64,000 nt of DNA from Mobula hypostoma (Eukaryota). This document shows, piece by piece, positions 34,575 to 47,913 of the stretch. Position numbers and translations under genes: made by a program. Under the pieces are notes generated by a model. The model was not told the origin of the DNA, searched no databases, and saw only the letters and a list, made by a program, of their open reading frames with translations. The stretch lies in NCBI RefSeq assembly GCF_963921235.1, contig NC_086107.1, positions 96,350,001 through 96,414,000 on the forward strand, given 5' to 3'. Position 1 is the first letter of the stretch; the number at the start of each line of letters is the position of its first letter.

Positions 34575-36220
34575 TCTATTTAAGAAAGGATGTGCTGACG
34601 TTGCAGAGGGTACAGAGAAGATTCACTAGAATGAGTCCAGGAATGAGAGGGTAACATATGAGGAACATTTGTCCACTCTTGGACTGTATTCCTTGGAGTT
34701 TAGAAGAATGAGGGGAGACCTCATAGAAACATTTCAAATGTTCAAAGGCATGGACAGAGTGGATGTGGCAAAGTTGTTTCCCATGATGGGGGAGTCTGGT
34801 ACAGTGGTCCCCAACCACCGGGCCACAAGGAAACAATAGGATTTGGCAATATGAGTCAGCTACACCTTTCCTCATCCCTGTCACGCCCACTGTTGAGCCA
34901 TTACGCATACGAGGTCATTACCCATGTGTCATCCATGCCAGCGCGGGAAGGAGATCAACTCCTCAAGCTTGCAAATGACGGCGGGCTGAAAAGTATGTTT
35001 GACATATCATCTCTGCCGGTACTCCGGATCAAAGTCAAGGCTAAATATCCTGAGATAGTCAGGAAAGCACTGAAAACGTTGCTTCCATTTCCAACATATC
35101 TCTGCAATGAATGCTACGAAAACTAAATTGTGGAATAGACTGGACATAAGGAACCCCCTTCGAGTATCGCTGTCTCCCATCACCGTCTTGTTGCAGGGAA
35201 ATAAGCCCAGGGCTCCCACTGATTCAGCGATATTGGTGCATTGCAATGATTTTATATGTTCATAGGAGGAAAATATGTGCTGTGTTTAATATCCAAACGT
35301 AACTTAAAATGTTATGATGCTGTTATAAGTGACTTATATAACCATATAACAATTACGGTATGGAAAGAGGCCATCTCTGCCCTTCTAGACCGTGCCGAAC
35401 GCTACTCTCACCTCGTCCCACCGACCTGCACTCAGCCCATAACCCTCCATTCCTTTCCTGTCCATATAGCTGTCCACTTTAACTTTAAGTGATAATATCA
35501 AACCTGCCTCTACCACTTCTACTGGAAATTCGTTCAACACTTACTTCAAGCTCCCCTGTCCTCCCCTGATAATTGACTAATCACTATATTCATGTGAGGA
35601 AAATATGTGCTGTGTGTTTAATAATAAATTTGTTAGATAAACCCTTTTAGAAACGAGATTGAGTGTATTAGCCACTTATCACCTATATTCCAGTTGTGAT
35701 TAACACCCCCGCCATCCGGAACAGAATTGCCAAAAACGATTTTTAGAAGTACACGCATGCGCACTGGTACCCGTTCAAGGCTTCATGGTCATTGTAGTCT
35801 TTCTCGGGGAAAACACAACATATTTGACTACTACTCTTGTATGTTGGCAACCCTAACCCCCCACCCCACCCCCCGGTCGGCCGGTCCGCAGTGTAAAAAA
35901 GGTTGGGGACTCCTGGTCCAGTACAAGAGGGCATGACTTAAGGATTGAAGGGCACCCATTCAGAACAGAAATGTGAAGAAATTTTTTTTAGTCAGAGGGT
36001 GGTGAATCTATGGAATTTGTTGCCACGGGCAGCAGTGGAGGCCAAGTCATTGGGTGTATTTAAGGCAGAGACTGATAGGTATCTGAGCAGCCAGGGCATC
36101 AAAGGTTATGGTGAGAAGGCGGGGGAGTGGGACTAAATGGGAGAATGGATCAGCTCATGATAAAATGGCGGAGCAGACTCGATGGGCCGAATGGCCGACT
36201 TCTGCTCCTTTGTCTTATAG
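34575..36220 (+). mobile_element. CR1 3' fragment split by a hAT element
   Basis: RKDVLTLQRVQRRF..SLEFRRMRGDLIE, FFSQRVVNLWN and 3'UTR GGGCCGAATGGCC. Confidence 0.85.
34802..35915 (+). mobile_element. Non-autonomous hAT (Charlie/Buster-like) element
   Basis: TIRs CAGTGGTCCCCAACC and GGTTGGGGACTCCTG; degenerate 8-bp TSD GTCTGGTA/GTCCAGTA; transposase C-terminal remnant YPEIVRKALKTLLPFPTYLC. Confidence 0.85.
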
Positions 36221-36221
36221 T

Positions 36222-37069
36222 CTATGCAGAAACGTCGGCGAGTTCTCTGGGCCCGAGCTCATCTCAGGTGGACCGAAAGATTGTGGAACCATGTGCTGCA
36301 GTCAGATGAGTCCACATTTCAGCTGGGTTTCGGAAAAAACGGGCGTCAAGTTCTCCGTGCCAAAGATGAAAACGACCATCCAGATTGTTATCAGTGAAAG
36401 GTGCAAAAGCCAGCATCTGTGATGGTATGGGGGTGCATCAGTACCCACGGCATAGGTGAGTTGCATGTATGTGAAGGTACCATTGACTCTGAGGCGTATA
36501 TTAGGATTTTAGAGAGACATATGTTGCCATCAAGGCGACGTCTCTTCCCAGGACGTCCATGCTTATTTCAGCAGGACAATGCCAGACCACATTCTGCACG
36601 GGCTACAACAGTGTCGCTTTGTAGACACAGAGTGTGTGTGCTTGACTGGCCTGCTGCCAGTCCAAATCTATCTCCTATTGAAAATGTATGGCGTATCATG
36701 AAGAGGAGAATCAGACAACGGAGACCACGGACTGTTAAGCAGATGAAGTCTTATATTAAGCAAGACAAATCTACTACAATTAGTATCCTCAGTTCCAAAA
36801 TGATTGAAAAGTGTTATTAAAAGTAAAGGTGATGTAACACAATGGTAAACATACCTCTGTCCCAACTTTTGTTGAGTGTGTTGCAGCCATCAAATTCTAA
36901 ATTTGTGTATGTTTACAAAATACAATGAAGTTGGTCAGTAAAACTATTGAAAAATCTTTTCTTTGTACATTTGTCAGTTAAATAAAGGTTCACGTGAATT
37001 AACATATCACAGATTTTTGCTTTTATTGCATTTTGGAAAATATCCCAACTTTTCTGGAAATGGGGTTTG
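36222..37069 (+). mobile_element. Tc1 transposon 3' half
   Basis: VMVWGC, QQDNARPH and SPNLSPIENVW (D34E spacing); right TIR CCCAACTTTTCTGGAAATGGGGTTTG followed by TA. Confidence 0.9.
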
Positions 37070-40000
37070 TAGATTTTTTGGATGGTGGAGGCGTTTGCAA
37101 TTCCATTCTACTTAGAGTAAAACCAAGGGAGTGTCTATCTTTATTAAATCTAATATTTCATTTATTCAAGAGGATATCAAGTTAGATTTTAATGATAGAT
37201 TTTTAATTGTTAAAGGAGTAATTTGTAATTGTAAAGTTGATTTGGTTAACCTGTACGGTCCTAACTCAGATGAATCTTTTTTTAAAGATGTATCTGTTTT
37301 ACTGCCTGATTTAAATAAATACATGCTGATAATGGGCGGGGATGGGTGGGGATTTTAACTGTTAATTCCTTTGATTGACGAGAGTTCCACCAATCAGCAA
37401 CTTCCAAATCACTCCGCGTCACTTATTAATTCTATCTTGGTTGATTTTGGATTGATCGAACTATGGAGATATTTAAATCCTGATGACGGAGAATATTCTT
37501 TCTTTTCCCCATGTTTATAAAAAATATTCGAGGATCGATTATATTTTAGTCGATCCTCACTTCTTGCCTAGTGTTAAGAATCATGAGTATGATGCTATTG
37601 TTATATCTGATCATGAGTTTGCCTTTTGAACTCGATGATGTCTTTCTTGTCCGCCTGCCATGGCGTCTGTCTCAGACACTATTGCAAAACTCTGACTTTG
37701 ACGGCTTCATTGAAACCCAAATAAAAGAATTTTTTTCTTTTAAATGGTACAGGGGGTATATCTCAATGAATCGTGTGGGATACAATTAAAGAATTTTTAC
37801 GTGGTCAGATCATTTCTTATTCAGGTAAGCTTAAAAAACAGACTAAAGTAAAATTAGATAGGATTTCAAAACAAATTAAAGGCTTAGATAACACACATAA
37901 AAGTTGCTGGTGAACCCTAATATTGATTTATTTAAAAAAAGGGTGGAACTCCAATCACAATATAATTTACTATTAACCTATCCTATTGAAGGTTATTTGC
38001 TTAAGTTAAAGAGTGAATTTTATATTTTTGGAGATAAAAATAACAAACTGCTTGCATCTCAACTAAAAACGCCCAGAGCCAAAAGGCAAATTTTGAAAAT
38101 ACGTAGGAAAGATTCTAGCCCGGTTTGGGAATATGAGGAAATTACTAAGATTTTTATACTGAACTTTATAAATCTCAATTTCCAGTAGATTCTTCCAAAC
38201 TGAATGTTGTTTTTTTTTTACAAAAGATTGCTTTTCCTCAAATTTCTGTTGAGCATCAACAAACTCTTGCTGCCCCAATCACTGAAGCCGAAATTCATAA
38301 AGCTGCTTTTTAAATGCAATCTGGTAAGGCCCCTGGACTTGATGGTTACGCTGTAGAATTTTATTCAAAATTTGGAAAATTGCTTTCTCCGTATATGTTG
38401 GAAATGTTTAGGGATTCTTTTGTGAAAGGTGATTTACCCTCTACGTTTTATGAGGCTTCCAGTTCTTTAATTAACAAGGATAAACATCCTACTGATTGTG
38501 CCTCATATAGGCCTATTTCATTATTGAATGTCGATGCTAAGATTCTGTCAATGATAATGGCCAATCGGTTGGAACATATTCTGGATAAAATTATTTTTAA
38601 AGATCAAACAGGCTTTATAAAACATCGTTATTCTTTCTCAAACATTCGGAGATTATTTAACGTCATATCTTCTTTTAAAACTCCACAATGCGTTGTTTCT
38701 TTGGATGCTGAAAAAGCATTTGATCGGGCTGAATGGAAATATTTATTTAATGTTTTAGAGAAATTTGGTTTTGGTGTTAATTTTAATAATTGAATTAGAA
38801 TGATATATAAAACTCCTATTGCTACTTTTATTACCAATAACTGTAGATCCCCTTTTTTTCAGCTTTCACGGGGGACAAGACAAGGTTGTCCATTGAGCCC
38901 TTTGTTATTTAACTTAGTATTAGAACCCTTTGCTATCGCTCTCTGTGAAGCTAAAGATATTCATGGGATTCTTGGGAATGACACCACTCATAAAATTTCT
39001 CTGTACACTGACGACTTACTGGTTTATATTTCTAATCCCGAGGAATCTATCCCTGCCTTGCTAAAATTATTTAATGAATTTGGAGATTTTTCGGAATACA
39101 AACTAAATTTTCACAAAAGTGAACTGTTCCCTTTAAATGAATCTGTTTCTATATATGATAACATTCCTTTCAGAGTCACGGATTCCTTTAGATACTTAGG
39201 TGTTACAAATACTGAAAAATGTAAAGATCTTTATAAAGCTATTTTTGTTCCCTTGGTAGATTCTATGAAATATTTATTTAGCAGATGGAATCAACTTACA
39301 TTTTCACTCACTGGTCGCATCCATGCAGTCAAAATGATGATTTTACAAAAATTTTATATTTATTTCAGAATATCCCCGTTTTTTTGACTAAGAAGTTTTT
39401 TTGATCGGATTGATTCTATTATTTCATCTTCTATTTGGAATAATAAAAAACCAAGAATTAATAAATATCCTTACAAAAATTAAAAATGGACGGAGGTCTT
39501 GCATTGCTAATTTAAGAATGTATTACTGGGCTGTTAATGTGCGATATATGTCCCTTTGGTTACACTGGGTTGATAAGAACAATCAGCCAATTTGGGTAGA
39601 CTTGGAGATGAAAGCTGTGAAACAGTTTTATTTAACCTCGTTATTGGGAGCTGCTTTACCTGTACAATTAGCTAAAGTTGCTAATTTAAATTTATATCCT
39701 GTGATTAAACATTCTTTGCAAATTTGGCTCCAGTTTTGTAACTTTTTTTAACCTTAAAAAATTAAAACTTTTTAGTTTAATTTATCAAAATTACTTTTTT
39801 AAGCCTTCATTGAGTAATCCAATTGTTTTATTTTGGAAGAATAAAGGCATTAATTCTTTTTTGGATTTATTTAAAGAAGATAGACTGATGACTTCTGAGC
39901 AATTAGTTGATAAATATTCTCTTTCATACTCACACTTTTTACAATACCTTCAAATTAGACATTTCCTACAAAAATATTTAAGTAATTTTCCTTACATATC

Positions 40001-40418
40001 TGATGCCGACCTTTTAGATATTATTACCAGTATGAACTCTTTGAAGGGTTCCATTGGAAGAATTTATAATTTACTATTACAATGGGATAAGCGTCCTTTA
40101 TTTAAAATTAAACAAGATCGGGGAAAAGGAACCTAATTTGATTTTTGTGACAGAGGACAGGACGCGGATTCTGAAGTTGGTTAACTCTTCTTCGCTCTGT
40201 GCTAGTCATTCACTGATTCAATTCAAAATTGTACACTGTTACTACTTGACGAAGGAGAGATTGTCTAAAATATTTCCTAATGTTGATAGTTATTGTGATA
40301 GATGTAAAACTGAGACAGCTATATTGACACATATGTTTTGGTCTTGTTCTCTATTGGAACAATTCTGGAAGTCAGTTTTTTCTACAATTTCTAACGCACT
40401 AAAAAATAATTTACAACC

Positions 40419-41008
40419 TGATAGAATGAAGGGATAGGTAAATGGGGGGAAAAACAGAGGGCGATGATTAACTTGTAATCAATCACCTTCTAAGCACCTT
40501 AGCTAACTGCTTTGGAGAAGTTTGGACAAGTCAGAAAGAAGCTTTACCCAGCAACCGGTGATGCACTAGTCACTGTTCTCTAAATTTGGGCAAAGGCCCA
40601 AATAAGGAACTATCTGATCTTGCAGAAACAGCTCAAGGGATAGCTAAATATGGTAAGAATAGTGTAGGGGCTAGAATGTTTGAGAAAAGGGGAAGGGTCC
40701 GAATGAGGAACTGATGAGGTAGCTTTGGCTTAAAATAATTATAACTAACCGACCAATGATTATCTTACATCTAATTGTATCTTAGCATGTGATTGAAATG
40801 ATTCTAATATTGTTTAAACTTGTTATAAATTTTGGAGACTTGTGTTATTCAGGGGCAGTTTCTGTACTGGCTCTTTTGGGAGATCAGTCTGTAATTTCCC
40901 CCATAGCAAGCTACGAGTAGAGAATAAAGGTTTGAAAAGAATTGTGTGTGTCAGTGTATTTGTGGTACAATTGCTATTGCATCGGGTCCGATCCAGTACA
41001 GCATAACA
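40419..41008 (+). mobile_element. Solo LTR (possibly ERV-like) in the L1 3' region
   Basis: TG..CA termini, CCAAT at about 40752, TATAAA at about 40824, AATAAA at about 40923; ACC on both flanks; L1 resumes after it. Confidence 0.65.
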
Positions 41009-44000
41009 ACCTGTGCTTTTTGGAATAATTCGTCAAAATATCAGCAGTATCTCTGTCTGATCAACACGTTATTACAATTGTCACACTGATCGCTAGGAGG
41101 GCCATTCTGTTGATGCGTCGGCTCCCACTTTGTCACAGTGATTCTCTCTAGTGATGCAATGTCTCAGTTTGAAGAAAATCAGAAGTCAAAACTTTGAACC
41201 TATGTTTGATTTCGAAAAAAGATGGGGTTCATTTGCTTGCTATTATCATTTGAGTTAATTGATAGATTTCCTTCACCATCTAATTGTAAATTTTCGTATA
41301 TTTTTTTGCTGGCGGTTTGATGTTTATCTTTTTTTTTAAGAAGCTTTTTGTATAATGCATGGCTCCGGGGTTGAACACTCAATGGTTTATTTTCCTCTCA
41401 CTTCCCCCCCCCCCCTTTAGTAGGGTTTTTTCCCTTTTTTTCTTTTTGTCACAAAAATGTTTTCAATCTTTTAATATGAATGTCTTTTTTTCCTCTTCTC
41501 TTTCAGGCACTGTAAGTGATGTCTACTTCGATGTACTCTTGTTAATTTTGGATTGATAATAAAAAGATTTGAAAGATGTTTAACTTTAAAGGAGATGTTT
41601 TGCACTCTGAGGCAGATACGAAAGGACTTTTTTGGTTCTTATTGTTCAATATTGTGGTAAAACATTTTTTATTGCTAATATATTACTATAATATATAATA
41701 TTGTAATATTAGAAATGAAAATGATAGATTACTTGAGATCTTGCAAAACGTTTGGATTATTGGCTCTTTAAATTTCCTGATCTGTTTATTGTTATGGGAG
41801 GAGACTTTAATATGGCTTTAGATGAAAATATTGATTGATGGCCACCAAGGCAACACTCCACTTACAATAAATTTACTAGCTTTATTCAGAAGTTTAATAT
41901 CATAGATATTTGGAGAGAGCACTTTCCTGAAGTTAGAAATTATACCTGGACCAATAAATCTATTACATGCATGTCTAGATTAGATTACTGGTTACTATCC
42001 GATACCTTAAGAAATAATAATCTCACTTTTAATTTTTCTCCCTCACCTTTAACGGATCATAAAGCTATCCCTATACAAGTTGCATGATCTTAAGCTGAAT
42101 CCAACTTTAAATCTTATTGGAAACTAAATAATTCCATTTTGGGGCATGAAGTCGTCTCTTTGCACATTAAAAAGTTGGCAACCTACTTCTTACATAAAGT
42201 GATGGTACAGAATAATTTCTCTACAAATTGGGAACTGTTTAAATTTGAATCTGCCAAATTTTTTAGGAAATACAGTAGTGATTTAGTAAAGAAAAGAAAA
42301 TTGGAAGAACAATTATTGATCTCAAAGATTGCAAATTTATCTGAATTGTTTCCAGATAACCTTTCAGGGAGAGAGAAAGAGGATCTGGCTTTGTTAAAGG
42401 ATTAGTTAAACCATTTTTATCTTATAAAGGCAGAAAAGTGCATATGTGAGATCTAAAAAACAATGGCTGGAAGAGGGTGAACAAAGTACAGCTTATTTCT
42501 TTTGTTTAGAAAAGCAGCGTGCCCAATTCACTTCCATTCATCAGATTAATATTGATGGTGTGACCACAGAGGACTCTAAAAAGCAATAGCAAAATATTGT
42601 TCTGCTTTTTATAATAAACTCTATAGCTCAAAATATTGTGAAGCACCTACACTACATTTCAGGAATGATATTAATATTATTAGGAACCTGTCCAATGATC
42701 AGAAAGACCTGTGTGATTCTCTTATTACCTTGGGAGAGGTTAAGGCTGCCATTTCAAATTTAAAAAGCAATAAGTCGCCAGGTGTGGGCGGTCTGACTGC
42801 AGAATTTTATAAGATGTTTTCTGACACCATAGCTCCCTTTTTACTAAAATTGTCTTTAGAATGTATTGATAAATAATTTTTTCCCACTTCTTTTAACACG
42901 GGGCCTTATTATTTTAATTCCTAAACCAAGAAAAGATAAATTATTTATTGATAATTGGCATCCTATTTGCCTTCTCAATAGCGATTATAAAATTCTGGCC
43001 CAAATCTTTGCTAACAGAATGAAAGCAGTTTTACCATTTATTATTGATGAAACACAGTCAGGTTTCATGAAGGGTCATCATTTCTCTAATAATGTCAGAT
43101 TAGTTTTAGATCTTATTTATTATTCTCATCTTGTTCAAAATGATAGTTTTATACTGTCTTTAGATTTCTACAAAGCTTTTGATACTATTGAGCATCAGTT
43201 TATCTTCTCTGCTCTTGGTAAATTTGGATTTGGACCATTATTTTGTAAGCTGGTTAAGACTTTGTACACAAACACTAATAGTTCGATAAAGTTGAAGTTG
43301 GGGACTTCACCGAGGTTTGATCTGAATGGGGGGGGGGGGCGGTGAGACAAGGTTGTCGTATCTCACCTTATCTATTCCTTTTATGTGCTCAGCTGCTCAC
43401 CTATTCTATCAAGTCTAGTCCTCTAACAGGCATTTCCTGCACAAATTCCAATTTTCTGATTAGTCAGGTTGTAGCTGATACAACTCTTTTTTTAAATGGT
43501 GTTTCTAAAATTTCATTAGCTTTAACTTGTAATTTCTGTTTTTTCCAAAGCCTCAGGTCTGTTTAAATATTCACAAATGTGAATTGTTTCCTCTTAAAGG
43601 TTGCACTCAATGTATAATTAATAATATTCCAGTAAAAGATAAAATCACATATTTGGGGATAACTATTGTTAAAAATGAATACATAAGGTGTTGATAATTT
43701 TCAACCACTTGTAGACAAAACAAAAAAAATTAAACCAGTGGCTTCAAAGGGACTTAACTTTGTAAGGCTGGGTTTTGCTTTGTAAAGCAGAAGATCTTTC
43801 CAGGCTTATATATAACTTTCCCCTTATACGTTGATTTTTTTAAAAAATCTGTAAATTGATAGACACCATGTTGTTTAATTTTTTATGGAAAAACAAAGTT
43901 CATTATATTAAAAAATATGCTGTCATGAATAGTTATGATAAGGGGGGTCTAAATTTTCTTAATTTTGACTGTTTTAATAACACTTACAATTAATTGGATT

Positions 44001-44156
44001 AAACAGTTTTTACATAATCCTACTTCTATATGAAGTTGTATTTTTTTTGTCTTTTCCCAGGTTAGTGGACTGAATTTTTTCTTTTATGTAATTACAAAAT
44101 AGACAAAGTTCCTTCGTGTTTATCTCAGTTTCATAAACTGATGCTTTTATCTTGGT

Positions 44157-44995
44157 AAACGCAAACAACAATCGCTCCCCACTGATCTCCCTCCTGGCAC
44201 TTATCCGTGTAAGTGGAACAAGGGCTACACATGCCCTTACACTTCCTCCCTTACCACCATTCAGGGCCCCAAACAGTCCTTCCAGGTGAGGCAACACTTC
44301 ACCTGTGAGTCGGCTGGGGTGATATACTGCGTCCGGTGCTCCCGATGTGGCCTTTTATATATTGGTGAGACCCGACGCAGACTGGGAGACCGCTTTGCTG
44401 AACACCTACGCTCTGTCCGCCAGAGAAAGCAGGATCTCCCAGTGGCCACACATTTTAATGCCACATCCCATTCCCATTCTGACATGTCTATCCACGGCCT
44501 CCTCTACTGTAAAGATGAAGCCACACTCAGGTTGGAGGAACAACACCTTATATTCCGTCTGGGTAGCCTCCAACCTGATGGCATGAACATTGACTTCTCT
44601 AACTTCCGCTAATGCCCCACCTCCCCCTCGTACCCCATCTGTTACTTATTTTTATACACACATTCTTTCTCTCACTCTCCTTTTTCTCCCTCTGTCCCTC
44701 TGAATATACCCCTTACCCATCCTCTGGGTCGTCCCCCCCTTGTCTTTCTTCCCGGACCTCCTGTCCCACGATCCTCTTGTATCCCTTTTGCCTATCACCT
44801 GTCCAGCTCTTGGCTCCATCCCTCCCCATCCTGTCTTCTCCTATCATTTTGGATCTCCCCCTCCAACTTTCAAATCCCTTACTCACTCTTCCTTCAGTTA
44901 GTCCTGACGAAGGGTCTCGGCCTGAAACGTCGACTGCACCTCTTCCTAGAGATGCTGCCTGGCCTGCTGCGTTCACCAGCAACTTTTATGTGTGT
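44157..44995 (+). mobile_element. Penelope-like element 3' part (GIY-YIG endonuclease + pLTR)
   Basis: ORF 44286..44612 GVIYCVRCSRCGLLYIGETRRRLGDRFAEH; flanked by duplicated TGCTTTTATCTTGGT (44142..44156, 44996..45010). Confidence 0.9.
44900..44935 (+). ncRNA. Minimal type I hammerhead ribozyme in the Penelope pLTR
   Basis: AGTC-CTGACGA-AGG GTCTCGG CCT-GAAA-CGTC-GACT: intact CUGANGA and GAAA cores, stem I AGTC/GACT, stem II AGG/CCT, GUC cleavage triplet. Confidence 0.75.
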
Positions 44996-45476
44996 TGCTT
45001 TTATCTTGGTCTTTGATTTACGAACATAATTTTTCTCCTCATAATTATTTTATCTGGAATAACCACCACATAACTTATAAGAATAGATCTTTGTTTTATA
45101 AAGGTTGGCTTGATAATAATATTTTGTTAGTTCAACAGTTATTTAATTCATTCAGCAATTTATACAGTTATACTGAGTTTCTTATCCACCTTTGAATTTC
45201 CTGTGACTTCAAAAGAATTTGCTGTTGTTATGGATGCAATTCCCTCTGGTGTAATTATATTGTTTAGAAATACATCACATTTGGTAGTTGAATTACCCAG
45301 CTTGGATCCACCCAGTACAGCTGTACTTGTTTTCCTCCGTTTTTAAAAAAAAAAGAGGTATTAGAAGTTTATTTCAAAATGACATTACTTCTATTCCTAC
45401 GGCTATTCATTTTTGGAATTGTTGCTTGGGGAATCTGAGGTGGAGGAGTATTTGGGGCTTATTCAATAAATTTTTT

Positions 45477-47462
45477 GGGGGGGGCATCACGTGATGACGT
45501 GGGATTGAGACGTGTAATTCCAGCTCTCCCGTAAAAAATCAGCAAAGTACCGTTTAAACAAAGTCAATAAATACTTTCCGAAAACTACTTACAAACTTCG
45601 TAAGAATACTCTACGATATGCCTCATAAACTGCAACAGAAGAAGTCTGTTCTTGCGAAGTTGCCGCGAGATGGGAAGAAAAAAGGGCCTACTGCAGCGAT
45701 GGAGCCTCGGAGGAGACTCATTTTACCTCTGGCGTAGAAGAACAGGGAGCAATGGCGGCAGTAGCGGTCGCTCGGAAGAAGATGCCGGAAATGCGCAGGC
45801 GCAAAGAAGTACGCATACGCAAATCGACACAACTTAAACTACAAGAACCGACGGCCACTGCAACGGAAAGTGACTCGGAGTCAGAATTGGATTCCGCAGA
45901 GAATACAGATGAAGGGGAGGAGGAAGAACTGCAAGAGACTGGAAGTAAAGGAGATGACTGAGACATAAGAGAGGCTTTATTGCAATTAACGGCTGAACTA
46001 AGAAAATTAAGAACAGAGCTTAGAGACGTGAAGATGTGCTATGAAAAGACAGGATAAAATGGATAAGAAACGTCAGAAGATGGAAAGAACAATGGAGCAT
46101 AGTAACGCTAGACTGGAGAAAACAGAAAATGATGTGATTGTCTGGAACACGTGAAGAAATCGACTCTTGGAGAAAGTGGATGTGTTGGAAAATTTTAGTA
46201 GACGTAATAATATTAAAATTGTTGGTCTTAAAGAAGGTATAGAAGGAGATAATCCAATAGAATTTTTTCAAAACTGGATCCCGAAAACCTTGCAAATGAA
46301 AGAGGAAGACCGATCAATTGAAATTGAGACGGTACATAGAGCTCTAAGACCAAAACCACAAGATGACCAATATCCACGATCAATTTTAATAGAATTCTTA
46401 TGATTTCAAGACAAAGAAAGGATTCTACAGGTGGCTGCCCAAGCTGCCAAGAAGAGAAAAGGGCCACTGATGATAGAAGGGAAGAAAATTTTTTTCTACC
46501 CTGATATAAGTTATGAACTTTTGAAGAGAAGGAAGAAATTTAATCCAGTGAAAAAAGCCCTATGGGATCACGGTTATCAATTTATATTGCGTTATCCTGC
46601 AACCTTGAAGATTTTTTTGGCTGGTGGAGAAAAAAGATTTTTTGACGATTACCGGAAAGCGGAGGAGTTTGTGCGAGATTCTTTGAATATTCACCAGACA
46701 CAAGAACAAACCTAGGGGAGCGAGATGGATTGAAGATGAAGACTGGATCGAAGATGAAGACTGGATCAAGGATTAGGCCTGTTGGATTTTTAGGCAGATG
46801 ACTAAATAAATAGATTATTAATTATATGAGGGAGGGGAAGAAAGGTTAAAATTTGAGGAATATTAGCTGGGAATAATGATATTAATTTTTCTTACATATA
46901 TACCATTTTTTGTCACGGGGGAGCTGGAAGAAACACTGACCAATCACTACGTTATTCATGTGTGCAAATGTGGCAATAGCCACGACCCGCACAATGGAGT
47001 GGGGTAGTGTTGTGTACCTTTTCATTCACAACATTAGTGGGGGGGTATTTTGTTTTTTCTTTTTTTGTATCTTATCTTTCTTTTTCTTCTTTTTGCCTGG
47101 ATGATTGGGAGGGAAACACATAGCAACATGGTGAAGTTCAGAGAGATTCCCCAGGGAACTATGAGAGTTGAGAAGCTAAGTAATGTTTTAGATTTTAAGA
47201 GATAAATATGAAACATTTTTGAATACTTGGAGCCCTTATTTACAGCTCCGATGATAAAGATCTTGGTTCCTTGGGGAAAGTAACAAATATATATTAAATT
47301 TATTTTTAATCCCATGGAGCATGTGCAAACCTTCCAATATTCAGGCGGTTCCTTTTTTCTTCTTTTCTTTTTAGGTAGTAGTATATATCGGGGGGGAGGG
47401 TAGATATTATTTTCCCATGTATTTACTTTGAAAACTCAATAAAAATTACATATATATAAATA
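45477..47462 (+). mobile_element. L1 element with ORF1 but almost no ORF2
   Basis: G-run/CpG 5'UTR; ORF1 ENFSRRNNIKIVGLKE..ETVHRALRP..FFYPDIS (45619-46715, with stops); only the ORF2 C-terminal tip; AATAAA; TSD AATAAATTTTT 45465..45475 and 47463..47473. Confidence 0.8.
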
Positions 47463-47477
47463 AATAAATTTTTATTG

Positions 47478-47913
47478 TGTTACATGCCTCAAGATCTGTG
47501 ATTTTTTTTGTCAGAATGATGTAATAGTCTTTTGCAGGTCACCTCGTAATTTTTCCACCGATGTGAGGTCACATGATGACATGTGCATCACGGGTATACA
47601 AGGGAAGACCCCAGATGATGCAGTTAGTTTTTAGTTTTTAGATTTCCAGCTAGAACGTTCTGTGTCTCCATTTCTGTTGCGTATTTGTTTTTATGACTCT
47701 GTTTCATTTTTAAAATGGTTGTTACATTCTGTTGCAAGGTACAGTAGTGCTGGATTGGCAATTTTTGCTAGATGTGTTGATGTACCTTATTCTAGCAGTA
47801 GTACGGGGGAGTGAAGACTTTATCGAAGTACAGGACCCGAAGGATTGAGAGGAATCGGCATCGTTCGGTAGTTTAACAAAGGATCGACCTTATTGAGTCT
47901 TCGTTGAAGGAGT
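47478..47913 (+). mobile_element. Truncated LTR related to family B
   Basis: TGTTACA start; GATGTAAT.GTCTTTTG.AGGTCACCT and GATGTGAGGT..CGGGTATA shared with the 20962 LTR. Confidence 0.75.

Larger units (their letters stand above)
30768..41574 (+). mobile_element. Full-span L1 LINE, decayed, carrying nested insertions
   Basis: 10-bp TSD GATGTTTAAC (30758..30767, 41575..41584); ORF1 RSRRRN..IERAHRA 30893-31694; ORF2 37072-41250 (KAPGLDG, DAEKAFD, RQGCPLSP, YTDD, CDRC..HMFWSC); AATAAA at 41558. Confidence 0.9.
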
